Assembly: GCA_044229845.1 (NCBI GenBank)
Contig: JBGASG010000012.1
Coordinates: 32,001-96,000, forward strand
DNA: 64,000 nucleotides
Direction of reading: 5' to 3'
Source: Candidatus Obscuribacteraceae bacterium
Lineage (GTDB): Bacteria; Cyanobacteriota; Vampirovibrionia; Obscuribacterales; Obscuribacteraceae
Below are positions 59,325-64,000 of the stretch, in pieces (within the stretch, counting starts at the first letter, position 1; each line of letters opens with the position of its first letter). Position numbers and translations under genes: made by a program. Under the pieces are notes generated by a model. The model saw only the letters and a program-made list of their open reading frames with translations. It was not told where the DNA came from and did no database searches.

Positions 59325-59780
59325 CTAGCTGGGCGGCATGATCCACGTATAGGGGAACGTCTGGCGGGCTTTGAATTGCACGCCGCCCGGTCCGACCACT
59401 GCCGATACTAAGAACGGCGGGAAAACGTTGCACGTGGTTTCGATCGTCACTTCGCCATCGACCGGTCCGCCGTAGGGGGCTTGCGGCAGAGGCGGGTTCA
59501 ATGACTCGGTCATAACGACCGTGGGCACCATTTTCACGGCACCGGCACCGATGTGCTTAGCGACTACCAGTTCGGCACGCTTCTTGGGCTCACCACTCTG
59601 AATCTGGTCGGGTGGTCCAATCGAAGCCGCACGGGCAGCCTCCCGGCAAACGGAATCGTTCATATTCACCCCGATCATGATGGTTCCAATATCGATCAGA
59701 ATCAGGACGATCGGAATCAAGATTGCTAATCCAGCAACCAGTTCCATGAAGGACTGGGCCTTGTTTCTTCGTAATCTCAT
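59325..59780 (-). CDS. TadE-like minor pilin
   Basis: AQSFMEL (E at +5), hydrophobic helix, CREAARAA. Confidence 0.8.
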   Translation of the reverse strand: MRLRRNKAQSFMELVAGLAILIPIVLILIDIGTIMIGVNMNDSVCREAARAASIGPPDQIQSGEPKKRAELVVAKHIGAGAVKMVPTVVMTESLNPPLPQAPYGGPVDGEVTIETTCNVFPPFLVSAVVGPGGVQFKARQTFPYTWIMPPS

Positions 59781-59864
59781 GATTTCTCAGCGCGGGTGGG
59801 GCAGCTAGATGCCATCTCTCGTTATTCCCTCAGCATCAAATTGGTAAACACTGGCGCGTTACGG

Positions 59865-61241
59865 TCAGCAAAATATCAGCTCCTTGATCACCACCGGCAA
59901 AGCATTTGCTCGCAATGGCTTGCCGATGTCGATGTAATCACCGGAAACTAGCTGGATTCCGTCAATAACGACAATCGGCACCGCCTGCAACCGACCGCGC
60001 AGCATCTGTCCGAGAGCCATTCCTACATCCGGCTGCGCAACGGCAATCAAAGGCTGGCTGCCCCGCAACTGACGAAACTGCTCGGACAGTCGATCCGCCC
60101 ACCGGCTCAGCGTTTCATAATCAGTAGAGAGCAGTCCGCTCAGGTGCAACGCCACCGGTTTATCAGACCAATTCAGATCAAGATTCTTCAGCTGAGCTTC
60201 AACAGACTGCTCAATATCCGTAAGCCGCACCAGAGGTATATTCCGCAAGGGCAGCGCATCAACAGCGGCTGCTATTGTCGACCCGCTCAACTGCACGCTG
60301 TGCATACCGGCACCAATCACGGTGGCACGGATAGCATCGAGGGGAACGGCGAAATCGACAGCTCGCCGACGCAATTCTGCGCCGATAGCGAGCGCCAGCA
60401 TGGGGCCGATGTCGTTGTACTCAAAGAGAGACTCGCCCTCCAGGGAACCTTCAACCGCCAGCATTTCGCCCACCCCGCCCGAAATGAAATACTGGTCGAT
60501 CTGATAACGCTCTCTGTCGACTGTGTAGTCGGCAACGACCTCAGCGCCGGTCACAGCTGCACCATTCATGAAACCGACAATAGCCGCTGCGATGGATGAA
60601 ACCGCGTCCGCCAGCGATTTGCCGCCGGCAAGCAATGCCGTACCGGCGGCGGAACCGCCGGTTACCCGCCCTTCTCTATCGGTGCGAATGCTGCGTCCGC
60701 CCAGTGCCAGACAGGCGGTATCGAGCAGCTTGCCATGCTGATAGACAGCAATATTGGTTGTGCCACCGCCAATATCAACATTACAAATGGTTGCCTGTCT
60801 CGCCTCCGAAGCCTGCACCGCTCCCGAACCGCGCGCCGCCAGAATACTCTCCAGACGCGGCCCGGCGCTAGACACCACAAACTCGCCGGCAAACTCGGAC
60901 AGGCTGGTCGCCACTTGCTCGGCATTGCGCAGCCTGGCCGACTCACCTGTGACGATCACAGCGCCGGTTTCCACATCAGGCGGCTTAACTCCGGCCAGTG
61001 CGTACTGCGTGCTGATCAAAGCTGCCGTCGCTTCAGCATCGATGATACCGGCTGTGGTGACAGGCGTGCCGGCAATCGGGCTGCGATAAACGACTGTCCG
61101 TTCAGCAATGGTCATGCGCGGCGCTTGATTGAGCCGCGAAGAATTGGACAGTTTCAAGCGGCTGATCACCATGTGCGTGGTGGTAGTGCCGATGTCGATG
61201 CCGACGCTCAAGATCGCATCGTCACTGCGATGGATGTTCAT
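59865..61241 (-). CDS. eutA: Ethanolamine ammonia-lyase reactivase
   Basis: LSVGIDIGTTTT, TGAVIVTGE, NVDIGGGTTN, IRATVIGAG and GDYIDIG motifs. Confidence 0.93.
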   Translation of the reverse strand: MNIHRSDDAILSVGIDIGTTTTHMVISRLKLSNSSRLNQAPRMTIAERTVVYRSPIAGTPVTTAGIIDAEATAALISTQYALAGVKPPDVETGAVIVTGESARLRNAEQVATSLSEFAGEFVVSSAGPRLESILAARGSGAVQASEARQATICNVDIGGGTTNIAVYQHGKLLDTACLALGGRSIRTDREGRVTGGSAAGTALLAGGKSLADAVSSIAAAIVGFMNGAAVTGAEVVADYTVDRERYQIDQYFISGGVGEMLAVEGSLEGESLFEYNDIGPMLALAIGAELRRRAVDFAVPLDAIRATVIGAGMHSVQLSGSTIAAAVDALPLRNIPLVRLTDIEQSVEAQLKNLDLNWSDKPVALHLSGLLSTDYETLSRWADRLSEQFRQLRGSQPLIAVAQPDVGMALGQMLRGRLQAVPIVVIDGIQLVSGDYIDIGKPLRANALPVVIKELIFC

Positions 61242-61247
61242 CCACAG

Positions 61248-62036
61248 CTACCCGAGTTGCTGGAGGCGTACGCCTGATACGCCCTTCTCGATGATACGCG
61301 CGATCAGTTGCACAATGTAGGCTCCCGCTTCGGCGGCGGGCGTGCCCCGTTCGTGGATATTGGAGACAACGGTGCGGTCGGAGCTGATTGTTTGCGGACC
61401 GGGATTGAGTGTGATGTACGCGCTCAAACCCACCCCGGAAGAGAGTCCGGGTCGTTCGCCGATCAAGTTGACGACGACGCGCGCGCCCAATGCATGCGCA
61501 ATCGGGTCAGCAACCGCCACCCGTCCATAACGCACGACCACGGGCTTGCCGACGGTCAGCTGAGAAAGCGCCAGTCCGTCACGCAACATCGGCAGCAGTT
61601 CGCGCACATTGGCTTCCACTGCGGCGGCGCTCAGTCCATCGCTAATGACGACCTGCACGTCCTGACCACCGGGACAACATTTTTTCAACTCTTCCAGGGT
61701 CGATTCGGCAACCCTTTTTCCCAGCGGCGGATTGAGGACAAACTCCTGCCGCGAGTCGACCAGACTCTGCACAACCGGAAACTGGCTGCGGCGGGCAAAC
61801 TCCAGAAATTCGTCGGAGAGCTCGCTGTGCACGGCGTCGCGAGCAACAGCATGATCGGCGCGAAACTGCAGCCAGGCTTGTGTCAGGGGCCGGCAACCAG
61901 CCCGCCAGACAGCTACGCGGGCGGGAGTGGTCTCCAAAAGGGCCGGCAATACATCACCCTCTGCGGCTGACGGTATGGCTGTTTTTGTGGGAGATTCTGG
62001 ATACACGCCGATACAGGTTACACTATCTGCTTCCAT
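61248..62036 (-). CDS. eutC: Ethanolamine ammonia-lyase small subunit (true start may be downstream, near TTG 61949)
   Basis: TPARV..RAG, DHAVARDAV, DGLS and LIGERPGL motifs. Confidence 0.92.
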   Translation of the reverse strand: MEADSVTCIGVYPESPTKTAIPSAAEGDVLPALLETTPARVAVWRAGCRPLTQAWLQFRADHAVARDAVHSELSDEFLEFARRSQFPVVQSLVDSRQEFVLNPPLGKRVAESTLEELKKCCPGGQDVQVVISDGLSAAAVEANVRELLPMLRDGLALSQLTVGKPVVVRYGRVAVADPIAHALGARVVVNLIGERPGLSSGVGLSAYITLNPGPQTISSDRTVVSNIHERGTPAAEAGAYIVQLIARIIEKGVSGVRLQQLG

Positions 62037-62065
62037 TCAGATCGTTCGCAAGCGGCACAGCAGTC

Positions 62066-63460
62066 ATGAGCTATTCCCAAACCTGTCAGGGTCAGACCTT
62101 CGTATTCGGCTCGGTCAAAGAAGTCTTGGCCAAAGCCAACGAAGAAAAATCGGGCGACAAGCTGGCCGGTATTGCAGCTGCCTCCGAGCTGGAACGCGTG
62201 GCGGCCAAAGCCGTGCTCGCCGAACTGACCTTGAGCGAATTGCGCAATCAGCCTGTGATTGCACCGGAGGAAGACGAGGTTTCGCGCCTGATCGACGAAA
62301 AGCTGGATGCGCAAATCTGGCAACGCATCAAAGGCTGGACTGTCGCCGAACTGCGAGAGTTCCTTTTGGGCGGTACCGAATCGGAGACACTCAATTGCCG
62401 CACCATCGGTGCCGGCTTGACCGGCGAGATGGCGGCCGCTGTCGCAAAGCTGATGTCGAATATGGATCTGGTGCGGGCAGCCAAAAAATGCCGAGTGGTG
62501 GCAAAAGCCAATACAACACTGGGGCTCGATGGAGTTCTCGGCGCCCGCTTGCAACCCAATCACCCGGCCGACTCGCAGCAGGGCATTTTGACTTCCATCT
62601 ATGAAGGCCTCTCCTACGGCGTCGGTGACGCCGTCATCGGAATCAATCCCGCTTACGACGATGCCGAGTCTGTAGAGCGACTGCTGCACACCACCGACGA
62701 ACTGATCAGAGCGCTGGGCGTACCGACGCAGAACTGCATTTTGAGTCACGTGACCACGCAGATGAAAGCCATCGAACGCGGCGCACCAGCCGGACTGATT
62801 TTTCAGAGCATCGCCGGCTGTCAGCAAGGCAATACCGCATTTGGTATCACGCTCGACATGCTGAAAGAGGCGTGGCAACTGGGCAAAGACAAGTGCTACA
62901 ACGCCGGAGAGCGTTGCATGTATTTCGAAACCGGCCAGGGTTCCGAGCTGTCTTCCAACACGCACAACGGCGCCGATCAGCTGACACTGGAAGCTCGTTG
63001 CTATGCAATGGCGCGCCATTTCCAACCGTTTCTCGTCAACGACGTGGTCGGCTTTATCGGACCGGAATACCTGGCTGACGGTCGGCAAATGATCCGCGCC
63101 GGTCTCGAGGATCATTTCATGGGCAAGCTTCTTGGGCTGCCCATGGGCATCGACGCTTGTTATACCAATCACATGGATGCCGATCAAAACGATCTGGAAA
63201 ACCTGACGGTGCTCCTGGTGGCAGCCGGCGTCAATTACTTCATGGGCGTGCCGATGGGTGACGACGTTATGTTGTCCTATCAGACCACCAGCTTCCACGA
63301 CATCGCCTGCTTGCGAGAATTGATGGGCTGCCGTCCGGCTCCCGAATTCGAGCAATGGCTGGAAGAAAACGGCATTATGGAGGACGGCAGGCTGACCGCT
63401 CTAGCCGGCGATCTCACTTATGTACACAGCTTGCGTAAGGCGAAAGCCGGCAAGCACTGA
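62066..63460 (+). CDS. eutB: Ethanolamine ammonia-lyase large subunit
   Basis: RLQPNHP, GDAVIGINP, YFETGQGS, VGFIGPEYL and CYTNH; start re-placed at ATG 62066. Confidence 0.96.
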   Translation: MSYSQTCQGQTFVFGSVKEVLAKANEEKSGDKLAGIAAASELERVAAKAVLAELTLSELRNQPVIAPEEDEVSRLIDEKLDAQIWQRIKGWTVAELREFLLGGTESETLNCRTIGAGLTGEMAAAVAKLMSNMDLVRAAKKCRVVAKANTTLGLDGVLGARLQPNHPADSQQGILTSIYEGLSYGVGDAVIGINPAYDDAESVERLLHTTDELIRALGVPTQNCILSHVTTQMKAIERGAPAGLIFQSIAGCQQGNTAFGITLDMLKEAWQLGKDKCYNAGERCMYFETGQGSELSSNTHNGADQLTLEARCYAMARHFQPFLVNDVVGFIGPEYLADGRQMIRAGLEDHFMGKLLGLPMGIDACYTNHMDADQNDLENLTVLLVAAGVNYFMGVPMGDDVMLSYQTTSFHDIACLRELMGCRPAPEFEQWLEENGIMEDGRLTALAGDLTYVHSLRKAKAGKH

Positions 63461-63655
63461 GGCGAGCACCGTATCTGGTGCCCAGCCCTGCATGCAGTAT
63501 TTTGAACGTCTTATAGATCAGGTAGAGATCTTCTCAGACCACCGTCGTGTTGACTGTACGGGGCCTATCGCCTAAGATAATTATTAGCTCGCGTTAATGT
63601 TGACCACCTTCGCGCCCCCGTCGCTCTCAGAAACAGCCGTCGCTGGAGGATATCT

Positions 63656-64000
63656 GTGCGTAGCCGCACCCGCACCTGCACCCCCACCAAGCGCCAGGGC
63701 AGACCGCCACTCGCGCAACGAACCCCTACGGGCAACACGCTCGCCCTGATAGGCGTCACCACACTCGTGTTCGTGATTGTCATAGCGCTCGTCTTGCTCT
63801 ACATGTCCATGGTGCGTTCGGACACCGAGCACAAGACGGCCATCGAAGCCGCGGCCATCGCCGCCGCTAAAGACGTCAGTCGCATCGCTGTCGATACCGA
63901 CGAATGGGGTTGGGTCAGCCTCACCGAACAGCCTCCAATCGCCACCCAGACACGGGCACCAGACCAGTATTTCACGGAAGTCCACTCCATCAACGAGTTG
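63656..64000 (+). CDS. TadG-like large minor pilin/adhesin, paralog 3 (runs off window; absent from the ORF track)
   Basis: SD GGAGGA plus GTG; translates to ..GNTLALIG..MVRSDTEHKTAIEAAAIAAAKDVSRI..EVHSINEL. Confidence 0.85.
   Translation, partial: MRSRTRTCTPTKRQGRPPLAQRTPTGNTLALIGVTTLVFVIVIALVLLYMSMVRSDTEHKTAIEAAAIAAAKDVSRIAVDTDEWGWVSLTEQPPIATQTRAPDQYFTEVHSINEL

Noticed and set aside
62018..63355. 445-aa minus-strand ORF (likewise 47696-48757, 36916-37890, 3223-4269, 16847-17815)
   Set aside because: Antisense shadows of well-supported genes, with no recognisable motifs

Overview
GC-rich bacterial chromosomal window. The protein style suggests a non-photosynthetic cyanobacterial relative such as Vampirovibrionia/Obscuribacterales, but this is inference only. 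No rRNA, tRNA or CRISPR array was found. The left half carries a partial ClC channel, ureidoglycolate lyase, a giant 1827-aa protein, several peptidases (trypsin-like, S8, M24, PepA), MscS, a single-module Clp-type AAA+ ATPase, a CYTH protein, an acyltransferase, a divergent rsgA-paralog/ABC-F pair, an aldo-keto reductase and a dapC-dapD-dapE operon. The right half carries a GNAT, a multi-REC/Hpt regulator, DmpA, three paralogous membrane-anchored TPR proteins, three paralogous TadG-like prepilin proteins, a TadE-like pilin, an HTTM-protein pair and an unusually arranged eutA/eutC/eutB set. Best candidates for undescribed biology: (1) a ~3.7 kb island (48744-52451) bounded by two 11-6-11 tyrosine-recombinase-type sites, carrying a FimB-like recombinase and a secreted protein with one degenerate and one intact zincin-like domain; (2) two leader peptides, absent from the ORF track, with alternative RBS-sequestering folds upstream of divergent rsgA and ABC-F genes, suggesting an antibiotic- or stall-sensing cassette; (3) the multi-paralog Tad-pilin/TPR locus; (4) several palindrome arrays and long hairpins in intergenic DNA. 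All pairings and alignments were done by eye.
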